From positions 352,001 to 416,000 of the forward strand of contig CAVUWA010000011.1 of NCBI GenBank assembly GCA_963744995.1: a DNA stretch of 64,000 nucleotides. Direction: 5' to 3'. The stretch is from Candidatus Eiseniibacteriota bacterium (GTDB taxonomy: Bacteria; Eisenbacteria; RBG-16-71-46). Shown here one piece after another: positions 26,414-36,651 of this stretch (position 1 is the stretch's first letter; every line of letters starts with the position of its first letter). The position numbers were made by a program, and so were the translations under genes. A model generated the notes under the pieces. That model was not told the DNA's origin. It saw only the letters and a list, made by a program, of their open reading frames with translations, and did not search any database.

Positions 26414-27652
26414 TTAGAAGGTCGCCTGCAGCTGCAGGAACCCCTTGTCGTGCACGAACCAGACGTCGTACGGCTCGGGATCGAGCTCGATGCCCTCGAC
26501 GCCCTGCACGCGGACGTTCGCGAAGCGCACCGACAGACCGACGTAGGCACGCGACTCGTTGCGCGTGCCGTAGGTGAAGTATTTCGGCAGACCCGCTTCG
26601 GCGACGGTAATCCGGTCGAACAGGCCGCCCAGGTGCAGGTTCACGTTCGGGGCCATGGGAACGCGGGCTTCGAACATCATCAGGCGGTCGATCGCGTCGA
26701 AGCGGCCCGGGCCGATCGGCGCGCGCGCGCTCTGGCGACGCGCCTGATAGAGGTAGCGCGCCTCGCCCTCGACGCGGCCGAACAGGCGACGCGTCGCCGC
26801 GATCTCCGCATCCCACTGGCGCCGGAACGTGCCGCCGTCGCCGGTGGACAGATCCTGCGGCTGCAGGCTGCTCTCGGCCTGGAGGTTGGTGCCGCGCAAC
26901 TCCCAGAGGAGCCCGCCCAGCTCGAGCTCGGCGAGCCCGTACGCCGTCGCGCCCCACAGGCGCTGCGTGTCGTCCACCGGCGTGCCGATGATCGTCTTCA
27001 CCGACGGCGTGAGCCACGTGCCACCCGTCTCGAGCCGCCGCACGAGCCCCGTGCCGCGGCGCACGATCCGCAGGTTGGGCTCGTAGGGGTGGCGCATGTA
27101 CGGTTCGGACGCGTTGCCGACGCGGGTCTGGCGGAACTCCCACAGGTTGTTGAACGTGTCCTCGAACACGAACATCGCCTGGACCTGCAGCGCGGAGGTG
27201 TCGCTGCCGGCCTCCCAGGTGACGCCGAAGTCCTGTTTGCTCTTGTCGTAGAGCGGCCGGAACATCGCGCCGAACGTGCCGAGGCCGGTCGGGAAGCGGA
27301 ACGAAAAGTCCACGTAGTCGTAGGTGGACTGGTCGCTGTTGTTCTGCAGGAGGTCGATCCCGAACTGCGCGTTCTGGCCGAGCGCGGTGCGCACCTTGAG
27401 ATCGGTGCTGATGAACCACTGGCCCGAGGTGAGACAGCCCTGCGAAGTGCGGATCGCCGATTCGGCGTGCTCCCACTCCGACCGCCACGCGCGCGGCGCC
27501 CGCGTCAGCATGTGGTCGAGCAGGCTCTCGTCGTCCTCTTCCTGGAGCGCGACGTCGAAGGTCGAGAACTGCTCCGTGCCAGCGCGCACGCGCGGCGCCA
27601 GCGCCAGCAGCATGCAGGTCGCGACCGCGACCGGTGCGAGGCGCGGCCTCAT
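26414..27652 (-). CDS. Putative outer-membrane beta-barrel protein
   Basis: Signal peptide; alternating beta strands; C-terminal FLQLQATF; abuts the eda stop. Confidence 0.7.
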   Translation of the reverse strand: MRPRLAPVAVATCMLLALAPRVRAGTEQFSTFDVALQEEDDESLLDHMLTRAPRAWRSEWEHAESAIRTSQGCLTSGQWFISTDLKVRTALGQNAQFGIDLLQNNSDQSTYDYVDFSFRFPTGLGTFGAMFRPLYDKSKQDFGVTWEAGSDTSALQVQAMFVFEDTFNNLWEFRQTRVGNASEPYMRHPYEPNLRIVRRGTGLVRRLETGGTWLTPSVKTIIGTPVDDTQRLWGATAYGLAELELGGLLWELRGTNLQAESSLQPQDLSTGDGGTFRRQWDAEIAATRRLFGRVEGEARYLYQARRQSARAPIGPGRFDAIDRLMMFEARVPMAPNVNLHLGGLFDRITVAEAGLPKYFTYGTRNESRAYVGLSVRFANVRVQGVEGIELDPEPYDVWFVHDKGFLQLQATF

Positions 27653-28315
27653 CTAGGTTCCCTTCGGCAGCGTGCCGGCCGCCCGCGCTTCAGTGATGCG
27701 GTGGGCGAACGCCTTCGCGCGTTTGGTGATCTCGTCGAACTTGCCCGCCTCGGCCAGCTTCGGGTCGGCGAGCGCGGCGCCGAGACCGACCCCGAGGCAG
27801 CCCGCGCGCAGGAACGCGATGGTGTTCTCGAGCGTGGTGCCGCCGGCGGCGAGCATCGGGATGTGCGGCAGCGGCTCGCGGATCGTCTGAATGTACGGCG
27901 GCCCGCCGGAGATGCCGACCGGATAGACCTTGATCACGTGCGCGCCCGCGGCGTGCGCCGCCACGATCTCGGTCGTCGTGTACGCGCCCGGCACGTACAT
28001 CACCCCGGCACGCAGGGCGATCTCGGCGATCACCGGCGAGAAGTTGGGAGCGACGATGAACCGCGCCCCCGCGGCCAGCGCATCGCGCGCCTGGTCTTCG
28101 GTGAGCACGGTGCCGGCGCCGACCACCAGCCCCTCGCGGCCCGAGAGTTCGGCCATGACACTGGGCGCAGAGGGGACGCTGAAGGTGATCTCGATCAGCG
28201 AGATGTTGCCGCGGGCGACGGCTTCGGCGGCGCCGAGCGCCGCGGCCGTCGAGGTGGAACGAATCACGGCGAGCAGATGTTGCTCGCGCAGACGGGTGAG
28301 AGCGACCGCTTCCAT
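27653..28315 (-). CDS. eda: KDPG/KHG aldolase
   Basis: AVIR, IEIT, VGAGTV, ARFIVAP, PGAYTTTE, KVYP, AAGG. Confidence 0.9.
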   Translation of the reverse strand: MEAVALTRLREQHLLAVIRSTSTAAALGAAEAVARGNISLIEITFSVPSAPSVMAELSGREGLVVGAGTVLTEDQARDALAAGARFIVAPNFSPVIAEIALRAGVMYVPGAYTTTEIVAAHAAGAHVIKVYPVGISGGPPYIQTIREPLPHIPMLAAGGTTLENTIAFLRAGCLGVGLGAALADPKLAEAGKFDEITKRAKAFAHRITEARAAGTLPKGT

Positions 28316-28633
28316 GCGTTCGGGCTCCTCGAGGTCAGGCGCGCCGTCACGCGGCGGAGAACCCGCGTTGCGACGTGCATCCATGCGCGCCGGCGTCCGT
28401 GCCGGCAGGCGGCCTGTTCAGAGGGCAGCCTAGCGGACCCGGGCCCGCGTCACAATGCGAAGTTGGGCGCCGCCCGGGCCGGCGCCCGCGCGGCCCGCGC
28501 CGGCCGTCACGCGCGGCGGTCGGCACGATTTTGGGATTCGCTGAAGTGTTCCGGACATCTTCATGTCTCCCGGCGCGCGCCCGCCCTGCGTTCGCTTGCC
28601 CGACCCGAGTCGCCCGTGCAGTATCGATGGGCC

Positions 28634-31237
28634 ATGCCTTCGCCTCGACGCCTGCCCCGCCCCGTCTTCGCCGCGCTGATCGCCGTCGCCGTGCTCGCCG
28701 GCGTGTGCCTGCTCGCGTGGGCGGCGCTGGCGATCCTGTTCCCGCCCGCGAAGCTGCGCGCCATGCTGCAGGGAGAGGCCTCGTCGGCGCTGTCACGCGA
28801 CACGCGCTTCGGCGACGTCTCGCTCGGGCTGTTCCCGCCGGTGCGACTCACGGTGAAGGATGCCGCCCTCGCCGAGCCCGGCGGCTTCGACGCCGGCGCG
28901 GCGCTCAGCGCGCGCTCGGTGTACCTGGACCTCGACGTCTTCGCGCTGCTGGTGCGGCGCGTGGTGGTGCGCCGGCTCACGCTCGACCACCCCGTGCTCC
29001 ATCTGGTGATGCGCGCGGACGGCTCGACCAACTTCGATGGCATCGGAGCGGCCCAGGGCGCCGCCGCGCCGGGCGGGAAACCCGCGCCGGCGGCGGGCGG
29101 CGGTCTCGAGATCGCCGTTCAGGACTTCCAGATCCACGACGGCGAGGTGCTGATCGACGACCTCCGCTCGCGGCGCCGCACGATGTTCGACGTCGGCACG
29201 CGCCTGTCGCTCGCGGCGGGCGGCGGCGACCGCATCCGCACCCGCGGCGCCTCCGAGGTGTCGGGCGTTGCGTTCGGACCGCTCACCGCGCGGCGCCGCG
29301 AGGATCTCGCCGGTCCGCTCGCCGCGATCACCTGGCGGATCGAGCATGACGGTGTGTACGACGGCGCGCAGAATCGGCTCGCCCTCGAGAAGCTCGCGCT
29401 CGCCTTCGGCCGCTCCGAGCTGGCGTTTCAGGGCATCGTCGACGATCCGGGCCCGAAGGCGCGGCTCGACCTGCACGCGAGCGGCTCGGGCCTGGACCTC
29501 GCGGAGATCCTGAAGCTCCTCGCCGAGGCGGATGCACGCGCGCTCAACGGCATCTCGGGCAGCGGACAGGTCGCCTTCGACCTCGCCGTGCGCGGCGCGC
29601 TCGGTGCCGACCGGCTGCCGGACGTCACCGGGACCATCGGCGTGCGCGACGCGGCGTTCCGCTACGCCGGCGCTCCGGCGGGCGTCGAGGGGCTCGCGTT
29701 CACCGCGCGCCTCGCCCCCGACAGCCTGACGATCGACGATCTCACGGCGAACGTCGCGGCCGCGCAGCAGAACGCGACGCCGGTCAAGGCGCGGCTCGAG
29801 GTCTGGCGTTTCGAGGACCCGCAGGTGCGCTTCGCGGTCGCGGGCGACGTGGACCTTGCCGCGGTGTCGCCGCTTCTGGCCGAGCAGAAGACGAAGCTCG
29901 CCGGGCGCGCGCGGCTGGACATTCGCGGCAACGGTCCCGCGAAGGATCCGGGCGCGATGGCGCTCGAAGGCAGCGGGCGGCTCGACGGCGTGAGCGTCGA
30001 AGCGCCGGACCTGCCGAAGAAAGTCGAGAAGATCAGCGGTTCCTTCACCGCGTCCAGGTCCGCGGTTCAGGTGAAGGGCCTCACCGCGTCCGCCGGCGCG
30101 TCGTCGTTCACGCTCGACGGGCGCATCGAGCGGCCGCTCGCGCTCATGGCGAGCCCGAAAGGGAAGGCCGGCCAACCGCCGGTCGCGCCCGCGCAGGTCG
30201 ACTTCACGCTGGAATCGCCGCACCTCGATCTGGACGAGCTGCTGCCGGCGACACCGGGCTCGCCGCTGCTGCCGAACGCGCAGGGCACCGGCCGGGTGAA
30301 GATCGCCGAGCTCAGGCAGGACCGGCTGGACGTGAAGAACGTCGTCGCACGGCTCGCGCTCGACCCGGGCGTGGTCACGGTTCCCGCGTTCACCTTCGAC
30401 GGGTACGGCGGCCAGGTCGGCGGCCACGCGCGCATCGACCTCAACGACCCGGCGAAGCCGGTGTTCGCGCTGAGCGCGACCGTGAAGGACGTGAAGGCGG
30501 ACGACATCCTGTCCACCTGGACGCCGGCGAAGGACCTGGTGCACGGGGTCCTGAACTCCAACATCGAGCTGAGCGGCGAAGGGATGACCGCGGCCGATCT
30601 GTCGAAGTCGCTCACCGCCGTCGGGCTCGCGGCGCTCGCCAACGGCACGTTCGGACCCGGACCGACGCTCGAGAAGATCGCGGCGTTCACCTCGATTCCG
30701 CAGTTCAAGGAGCTGCACGTGCGCGACGGCACCTTCCCGTTCGCGGTCGAAGCGGGGCGCGTGAGCTTCCGCGAGGTGCATTTCGACGGCCCGACCGGCG
30801 ACTGGCGCATCGCGGGGTCGGTGGGTTTCGACGGCACGCTCGACTACGCGGTCAGCGCTTCGCTGCCCGCCGACATCGCGAATCAGCTCGGCACCGCGGG
30901 CGCGATCGCGGCCGGCGCGCTCAAGGACCAGAACGGCGAGATCCTGCTCGACCTGCGCGTCACCGGTCCCGCGAAGGCGCCGAAGGTCTCGTGGGACAAG
31001 CGCGCCATGCTCGACCGCCTGATGGGCAAGAACTCCCAGGCGATCGCCGAGAAGGGCAAGCAGCTCGGCAAGGAAGCGCTGCAGGCGCTGGGCGAGCGCG
31101 GCGCGGGCACCCAGGACACCTCGCTCGCCGGCTACGAAGCGCGCATCAAGGCGGTCGCCGACAGCCTCAAGAAGCTCAAGGCGAAGGACGTCCTGAAGAA
31201 CCTGTTCGGCGGCGGCAAGAAGGACACCGTCTGGTAG
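28634..31237 (+). CDS. AsmA family protein
   Basis: N-terminal TM; LSLGLFP, DGSTNFD; beta-rich repeats; C-terminal GSVGFDGTLDY and VTGPAKAPKV. Confidence 0.85.
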   Translation: MPSPRRLPRPVFAALIAVAVLAGVCLLAWAALAILFPPAKLRAMLQGEASSALSRDTRFGDVSLGLFPPVRLTVKDAALAEPGGFDAGAALSARSVYLDLDVFALLVRRVVVRRLTLDHPVLHLVMRADGSTNFDGIGAAQGAAAPGGKPAPAAGGGLEIAVQDFQIHDGEVLIDDLRSRRRTMFDVGTRLSLAAGGGDRIRTRGASEVSGVAFGPLTARRREDLAGPLAAITWRIEHDGVYDGAQNRLALEKLALAFGRSELAFQGIVDDPGPKARLDLHASGSGLDLAEILKLLAEADARALNGISGSGQVAFDLAVRGALGADRLPDVTGTIGVRDAAFRYAGAPAGVEGLAFTARLAPDSLTIDDLTANVAAAQQNATPVKARLEVWRFEDPQVRFAVAGDVDLAAVSPLLAEQKTKLAGRARLDIRGNGPAKDPGAMALEGSGRLDGVSVEAPDLPKKVEKISGSFTASRSAVQVKGLTASAGASSFTLDGRIERPLALMASPKGKAGQPPVAPAQVDFTLESPHLDLDELLPATPGSPLLPNAQGTGRVKIAELRQDRLDVKNVVARLALDPGVVTVPAFTFDGYGGQVGGHARIDLNDPAKPVFALSATVKDVKADDILSTWTPAKDLVHGVLNSNIELSGEGMTAADLSKSLTAVGLAALANGTFGPGPTLEKIAAFTSIPQFKELHVRDGTFPFAVEAGRVSFREVHFDGPTGDWRIAGSVGFDGTLDYAVSASLPADIANQLGTAGAIAAGALKDQNGEILLDLRVTGPAKAPKVSWDKRAMLDRLMGKNSQAIAEKGKQLGKEALQALGERGAGTQDTSLAGYEARIKAVADSLKKLKAKDVLKNLFGGGKKDTVW

Positions 31238-31371
31238 CGGCGCCGGGCCACGCACATTCCGCAGGCCCTGCCGACACGCCGCACGGCGTGACGATCGGCT
31301 GACGGCCCGGCCCGCGCCCGCGTCGCGAGGCCGTGCGCCCGGGTCGCGCAACGGCCGGCCTCACGAATAGA

Positions 31372-31394
31372 GGGGCGGCCGCGCGGGCCGCCCC
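31372..31394. terminator. GC stem-loop between convergent genes
   Basis: GGGGCGGCC-gcgcg-GGCCGCCCC; weak U-tract. Confidence 0.4.
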
Positions 31395-31763
31395 GTCTCG
31401 TTCGCCGTGCCGGTCGTGGGCCGTGCCTCAGGAACCGACCTCCTCCACGCGCAGCTGGTCGACCACGGCGCGCGCGCCGCGGTCCGTCACGTGACCGTCA
31501 GAATCCGCCCCGATCGATCGAGGCGCGGGGGCAGGACGTGTCGGGCTCGCCCGAGAGCAGGGGACGGGCCGGGCGCCAACGCCCGGCCCGCGGGGATCGT
31601 TCCGACCGGCCCATGCTTCCGGCGGAACGCGCCACCTCTGTCGTCTGAACGGAGTTGCCCGATACGACGGGCCGCGGGGCCGGCCGGCCGGGTGCGTGCG
31701 GAACCGTGGCCGACTCCGGCCGGATCCCGCACCCCGCCCCGCCCGGCGCGGCCACGCAGGCGA

Positions 31764-33098
31764 TCACCGCGTCCACAGCTTTTCCCACCAGCGCTTCGCC
31801 GCCACGTGGTCGGACGGCGCCGACCAGTCCGCCGCCACCGCCATGCGCCCGCGAATGTCGGCGAGCGACCAGCCCGTGAGCGCGGCGAGGTTCTCGGCCT
31901 TCTGCCGGCGGCGCTCGGCCAGCCCGTCGCGGTACTGCTGTGCCGCGTCGCAGTCGCCGTCGCCCTTCCAGAAGTGCTGCATGACGAAGCGGCCCTGGAA
32001 ATTCGTGCGATCGTTCGTCACCTGCAGCTGCAGGTCGGCCGGGAAGTGGGCCGCGTCGTAACGCACGTGCAGGCGGGTGACGAAGGCGTTCACCGCGCCG
32101 CGGGCGCCCTGACCTTGCGGCACCCAGAACACGCCGAGACCGCGCAGTTCGTCCGGCGACAGCGGCGCCGAAGCGCACGGGTCGCACCACTTCATGTCCC
32201 ACGCGTACTCGGTGAACACGGTCTGCATGCCGTTCTTCCTCACCTGTTCGCGGAACATGTCGCGGTAGAAACGCGGGAAGTCGCTCTTCACGAAGTCGGG
32301 AATCACGTCGCCGGTCGGCAGCTTCATGGTGCGGTAGTTGGTGGTCTCGACGCGGCCCTGCTGCGTGATCGCGTAGACGAGCAGGTCCTGGGGCCCGGTC
32401 GCGTTCACCGTCCCGAGCCGGATCGGCAGCGTGAAGCGCGCATCCTCGTAGGCGATCTGGATCGGCCGCAGGTGCACGAAACCGAGGCGCTTCTGCTCTT
32501 TCAGGTTCACCTTCGCGACGAAGAACTTCATGCCGTCGCGGATGTAGCTCTGCAGAATCCGGTCTGCCTTCGCCGGGACGTTGTAGTGGTTCTCGCGCAG
32601 CCACAGCAGCAGGCCGCCGCTCTGCTTCGCGGACAGGATCAGGATGTCGTACTCGCCGACGGTGTAGCGGGCTTCGATCCTGACGCCGAGCGCGTCGGCC
32701 CTGGGCGCCAACTCCATGAGTGCCATCCCCGGGGCGCCGGCGCGGGTGACGCTCATCTTGGCGATCCGGCACGGCGCCGGATCGAAGTACTCGACCAGCC
32801 GCGGCTTGGTGTAGCCGTCGAGGTGGTCGATCACGGTCTGGTCGCCGACGTGGATCTGGCCCTTCTCGAGCACCGTCGGCACCGGCACCACCAGCGCGAA
32901 CTCGTTCACGTCACCCTTGAAGTCGTTGGACATCGTGACCACGGTGCGGTCGCCGTCGCGCACGAGCACGACCTGCGAGGCTTCGTTGAACAGCTTGGCG
33001 TCGCCGCCTGCGACGTAGAAGCCGCAGAAGGCGTGCGCGACAGCGGGGGCGAACCATGCCCCCAGGGTGAGCAGGCCGATGCCGGCGTGGCGTTTCAT
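31764..33098 (-). CDS. DUF2330 domain exported protein
   Basis: AFCGFYVA, PRLVEYFD, WLRENHY, LRPIQI, LPIRLG, TEYAW..CDPC, TRLHVRY; AAGGAG RBS. Confidence 0.9.
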   Translation of the reverse strand: MKRHAGIGLLTLGAWFAPAVAHAFCGFYVAGGDAKLFNEASQVVLVRDGDRTVVTMSNDFKGDVNEFALVVPVPTVLEKGQIHVGDQTVIDHLDGYTKPRLVEYFDPAPCRIAKMSVTRAGAPGMALMELAPRADALGVRIEARYTVGEYDILILSAKQSGGLLLWLRENHYNVPAKADRILQSYIRDGMKFFVAKVNLKEQKRLGFVHLRPIQIAYEDARFTLPIRLGTVNATGPQDLLVYAITQQGRVETTNYRTMKLPTGDVIPDFVKSDFPRFYRDMFREQVRKNGMQTVFTEYAWDMKWCDPCASAPLSPDELRGLGVFWVPQGQGARGAVNAFVTRLHVRYDAAHFPADLQLQVTNDRTNFQGRFVMQHFWKGDGDCDAAQQYRDGLAERRRQKAENLAALTGWSLADIRGRMAVAADWSAPSDHVAAKRWWEKLWTR

Positions 33099-34225
33099 GG
33101 AGCACTCCTTTCGTGTGGGCCGCGCACGGCGCGGCGGACGGGGTGGGCGGCGGGGAAAGGGGCAGGGGAAACGGGGAACGGCCGGCCGCGGCGCGGCGCG
33201 CCCTGCACGGCGCACGCCTCGGACAGCGCCGCGACGAGAGGCCGCCGCGGCGCCCGCTCGGCCGTGCCGTTCCAGCGGTGCCGCACGCCCGGCAGCAGGC
33301 GGTCGATCAGCGGCGTGGTGAGCGCCAGCGCCGCCAGCGCCCAGAGCAGCGCATTGGTGCGATGCAGCCCGAACTGGATCCACACCGCGAGCGCGGCGAC
33401 CAGGAAGGCGAACAGCACGCGGCCCGCGCGCGAGTCGGGCGTGGTGCGCGGGTCCGAGATCATGAAGAACGTGAAGATCAGGAACGCGCCGTTCTGCAGG
33501 TGGTGCAGCGGAATCGCGGCCGGCAGACCGAGCCAGGCCGCACGGGCGAACACGATCCCGGTGTAGCTCGCGAGGAACGCGTAGGTGACGTCGCTGCGTG
33601 CGGCGCGGTTCACCACGAGCCCGCCCACGCAGGCGAGCAGGAACGCGAAGAATGCCACGCTGCCCCACTGCCCCGGCGAGACCCAGCCGAGGCCCGCCAG
33701 CAGCATCACGATGATGCCGAAGTTGGTCGGGTTGAACACGTGCTTGTCGCCGACCCGGAGGAAGAACTTGGCGGCGATCGTCACCACCGCCGCCAGCGCC
33801 ATCGCCGCGTCGGAATTCACGCGCAGCAGCATCGCGAGTCCGAGTGCCGAGATCAGCGGGCTGCGCGGGTCGAAGCCGGTGCGCCCGGTGAGCCGCATGC
33901 ATGCCCACTGCGTGACGACGCAGCCGAGGATCGCGACCACGATCCGCGACGGCGTGACCGCGAAGTCGAGGCGCATGACGCCGAACAGCAGGAGTCCCGC
34001 GAGGATCGCGATCTGATAGAGGCGTGGATCGAGCCGGCGCGGCCGCGCGGCACGCGGCGCGGCGGCCGTCGCCGCCGTGGCCGCGGAGCCCGCGCATCCC
34101 GGGCCGGCGTCAAGTCCGGCCGGGACCGCGGGTGACGCACCGCGTGTGCGGGTGCACGATGCGTCGTGTGCTGCGTCCAGATGGGCGCGAAATCCGCGCC
34201 CGTGATGCAGGCGACCAGGTGTCAT
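33095..34225 (-). CDS. NqrB/RnfD-like membrane protein (start uncertain)
   Basis: DPRLYQI, KHVFNPTNFGI, WVSPGQWG, FFMISDPRTTP; many TMs; ATGA overlap with the DUF2330 gene. Confidence 0.8.
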   Translation of the reverse strand: MTPGRLHHGRGFRAHLDAAHDASCTRTRGASPAVPAGLDAGPGCAGSAATAATAAAPRAARPRRLDPRLYQIAILAGLLLFGVMRLDFAVTPSRIVVAILGCVVTQWACMRLTGRTGFDPRSPLISALGLAMLLRVNSDAAMALAAVVTIAAKFFLRVGDKHVFNPTNFGIIVMLLAGLGWVSPGQWGSVAFFAFLLACVGGLVVNRAARSDVTYAFLASYTGIVFARAAWLGLPAAIPLHHLQNGAFLIFTFFMISDPRTTPDSRAGRVLFAFLVAALAVWIQFGLHRTNALLWALAALALTTPLIDRLLPGVRHRWNGTAERAPRRPLVAALSEACAVQGAPRRGRPFPVSPAPFPAAHPVRRAVRGPHERSAP

Positions 34226-34552
34226 GTCTGCGGCTACGCTCCCCCGGAAGCGTTTATTCCGTGCACGGAGCCGGCGACTCGATGCGATCCGTCGCGGCGA
34301 GGCGCGGGGGAACGTCCGCGTGCCTTCGCCGGCTGCTCCCTGCAAGGCGCATGCCTCCGGAAACGGACGGGGGCGCGGCCTTGGGGCGCGTCGTGTTACG
34401 GCGACGGCGCACCGCGGGCGGCGCGGCCGGGGCCGTCACGGTAACGGCGAGGTGTCACCCGGAGGGGTGACAATCGGGCGGAGTGCTCACCTGGCTTCGG
34501 ACGACGGGTGCGGCGCTGCGGGGACGGTTCCGCAGAGAAAGTACGGCCGCGT

Positions 34553-36550
34553 TCAGCCCGCGTGCGCCGGCGCCACGACCTGGGTGTGGTCGAGGTCTTC
34601 GACCCAGGCGCGCAGCAGCTCGGCCGCCGCGGCCACCGCGGCCGCGTCCCCCACGATGCGCGGGTAGGCGAGCGACCCGTCGGGGTCGAACGCCTCGGGC
34701 ACGTGCCCGAGCGAGCTGCGGTCGCATGCTTCGCGCAGGCCGCCGAGCCACTCGCGCATGTGCGCGTGCGCTTCGGGCGCGCGTTCGCGGACGCGCAGGT
34801 AGGCGGTCACGAACGGCCCGACCCATTCCAGCAGTGTCGGCAGGCCCGCCGCCTCGCGCACGCCGAACGGGGTGAGCAGCTCGCGTTCGATACGCCCGAG
34901 CAGCCGACCCGCCGCCTCGGGCGGCAGCAGCGACGGCGCGAGGCTCACCGCGAGCAGATGGCTCGCGCGCGTGTCGGCGCGCGGCCCCGACGGGGTCAGC
35001 GCGTCGTAGAGCGCGCCGCGCGAATCGTCCCACAGCTTCCCGATGAACTGCGTCTGCTGCTCGCGCGCCCAGGCCAGATAGAACGCCCCGTTCTCGCGGC
35101 GGCCGACGAGCTTCGCCATCTGCGCGATCGCGATCAGGCCGTGATACCAGAGCGCGTTCGTGTCGGCGCGCACCTCCGCGTGGCTGCCCTCGCCCATGGA
35201 CAGCAGGCCCTCCGGCGTCGTGTGGACGCCGAAGCGGGTGCCCGAGCGGAACGCCTGCACGATGCTCTCGAGCGGCGCGTAGATCTGCTTGAGGAAGTCG
35301 ACGTCCTCGCTGCGACGCACGTACAGCTCCGCGGCATTGAGCAGCCACAGCGAGGGACGCGGATCGCCGTAGACCGGCGTGCCGTCCTCGGAGTCGAACG
35401 CCTGGGGCGCGAGCCCTTCGTTCAGGTACTCGACGTACCCGGCGAGGATCTGGCGCGTGACGTCGAAGGCGCGGAACGAGATCAACGCCGGCAGCGCGCG
35501 CAGCGCGTCGGCGCCGCGCTCTTCGCCCGACGGGAGCGTCGCGAGCAGCGTGGTGCGGTGTCCGCGCCGCGCGAGCGCCGCATAGAGCGCGTCGGCGAGA
35601 CGCGGCGCCCACGGGTCGTCGCGACCGATGAGAGGATCCACGCGCCGCGCGGTATCCCCGCCGTGCGCGACCGTCGCCTGGCGCGCGGTGTAGTCGGCGT
35701 GGCGGATTCGCGTGGCATGCCAGCTGGCCCATTCGCGGTGCCGCTCGCGCTCGAGCACCGCGACGCAGTCGCGCAGCGTGCGCGGCGGCGGCGTGCCGAG
35801 CCGCTCTTCCGCGGCCAGCGCGCGGAACAGGTCGTCCTCGGCCGAGGCCACGATCTGCATCTCCGCGCCGCTCGTGAGGGTGCCCTCGATGTGGCACGGG
35901 GTGAGCGCGTCCTCGATCGAGCCGTCCGGGTCGTGGTCGGCCGGGTAGAACAGCTCGCGCACCCACACCTTCGCCGGCATGAAGCTGCCGTTGTGCCAGA
36001 TCGTGAGCGGCGGCAGGCCCTCTTCGATCTCGATGCGGATCCGGCCCGGCACCTTCTGTGTCGCGGTGGCCGGCAGCGCGCCCTCGCGCCGCAGGCCCCG
36101 CAGCGCGCGACCGACGACCAGCGGGCTCACCGCGAGCCGCGCCGGCGGGCCGTCGAGGTGGCGGTACGAGATCGCCACCGCCTGATGGCCTTCGATCAGG
36201 AACAGCGACTTCTCGATCCGCACTTCGCCCGCGCGGTACGTCCAGATCGGCCAGGGGTCCAGCCGGAACGACTCGATCGCCTGATGGCCGCCGGGTCGCG
36301 CCACCGCCCCGGCGTGGATGTGGGTGTTGAGCGCGTGCCACGCGCCCTGCGCGTGGAGGCGTTCAGCCACCTGCGAGAGCAGCGTCGTCGTGCGCCCCCA
36401 CGGCGTGACCGCCGCGAGCAGTCCGTGGGTGCGGCGCGTGTGCGCCCCCGCAACGGTGCCGGAGGCGGTGCCACCGAGGCCGTTCGTGATCAGCCACTCG
36501 TGTCCGAGGGCGGCGCGCAGATCGGAGAGGACCTCCTGTCCCATTCGCAT
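34553..36550 (-). CDS. Glycogen debranching enzyme-like (GDE_N + amylo-alpha-1,6-glucosidase), degenerate
   Basis: EWLITNGLGG, TRRTHGLL, NALWY, ELLTPFGVR, EAFD. Confidence 0.8.
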   Translation of the reverse strand: MRMGQEVLSDLRAALGHEWLITNGLGGTASGTVAGAHTRRTHGLLAAVTPWGRTTTLLSQVAERLHAQGAWHALNTHIHAGAVARPGGHQAIESFRLDPWPIWTYRAGEVRIEKSLFLIEGHQAVAISYRHLDGPPARLAVSPLVVGRALRGLRREGALPATATQKVPGRIRIEIEEGLPPLTIWHNGSFMPAKVWVRELFYPADHDPDGSIEDALTPCHIEGTLTSGAEMQIVASAEDDLFRALAAEERLGTPPPRTLRDCVAVLERERHREWASWHATRIRHADYTARQATVAHGGDTARRVDPLIGRDDPWAPRLADALYAALARRGHRTTLLATLPSGEERGADALRALPALISFRAFDVTRQILAGYVEYLNEGLAPQAFDSEDGTPVYGDPRPSLWLLNAAELYVRRSEDVDFLKQIYAPLESIVQAFRSGTRFGVHTTPEGLLSMGEGSHAEVRADTNALWYHGLIAIAQMAKLVGRRENGAFYLAWAREQQTQFIGKLWDDSRGALYDALTPSGPRADTRASHLLAVSLAPSLLPPEAAGRLLGRIERELLTPFGVREAAGLPTLLEWVGPFVTAYLRVRERAPEAHAHMREWLGGLREACDRSSLGHVPEAFDPDGSLAYPRIVGDAAAVAAAAELLRAWVEDLDHTQVVAPAHAG

Positions 36551-36651
36551 ACGGGCGGAATGTAGCACGCGCGGGCGCTTTTGAGGTGCCGGGAGCGTTG
36601 CCGTCGGGACTATGATGGAAGCCCCCTCCATCCGACCGGGTGAGGTGTGGC

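Noticed and set aside
26408..28633. N-terminal 740 aa of the 1609-aa ORF
   Set aside because: This part is antisense to eda and the barrel gene. AsmA-like sequence begins only at ATG 28634.
31238..31763. About 520-bp intergenic region as an ncRNA or gene remnant
   Set aside because: Only GC hairpins and a short unconvincing frame are present, and no RNA family is recognisable by eye.
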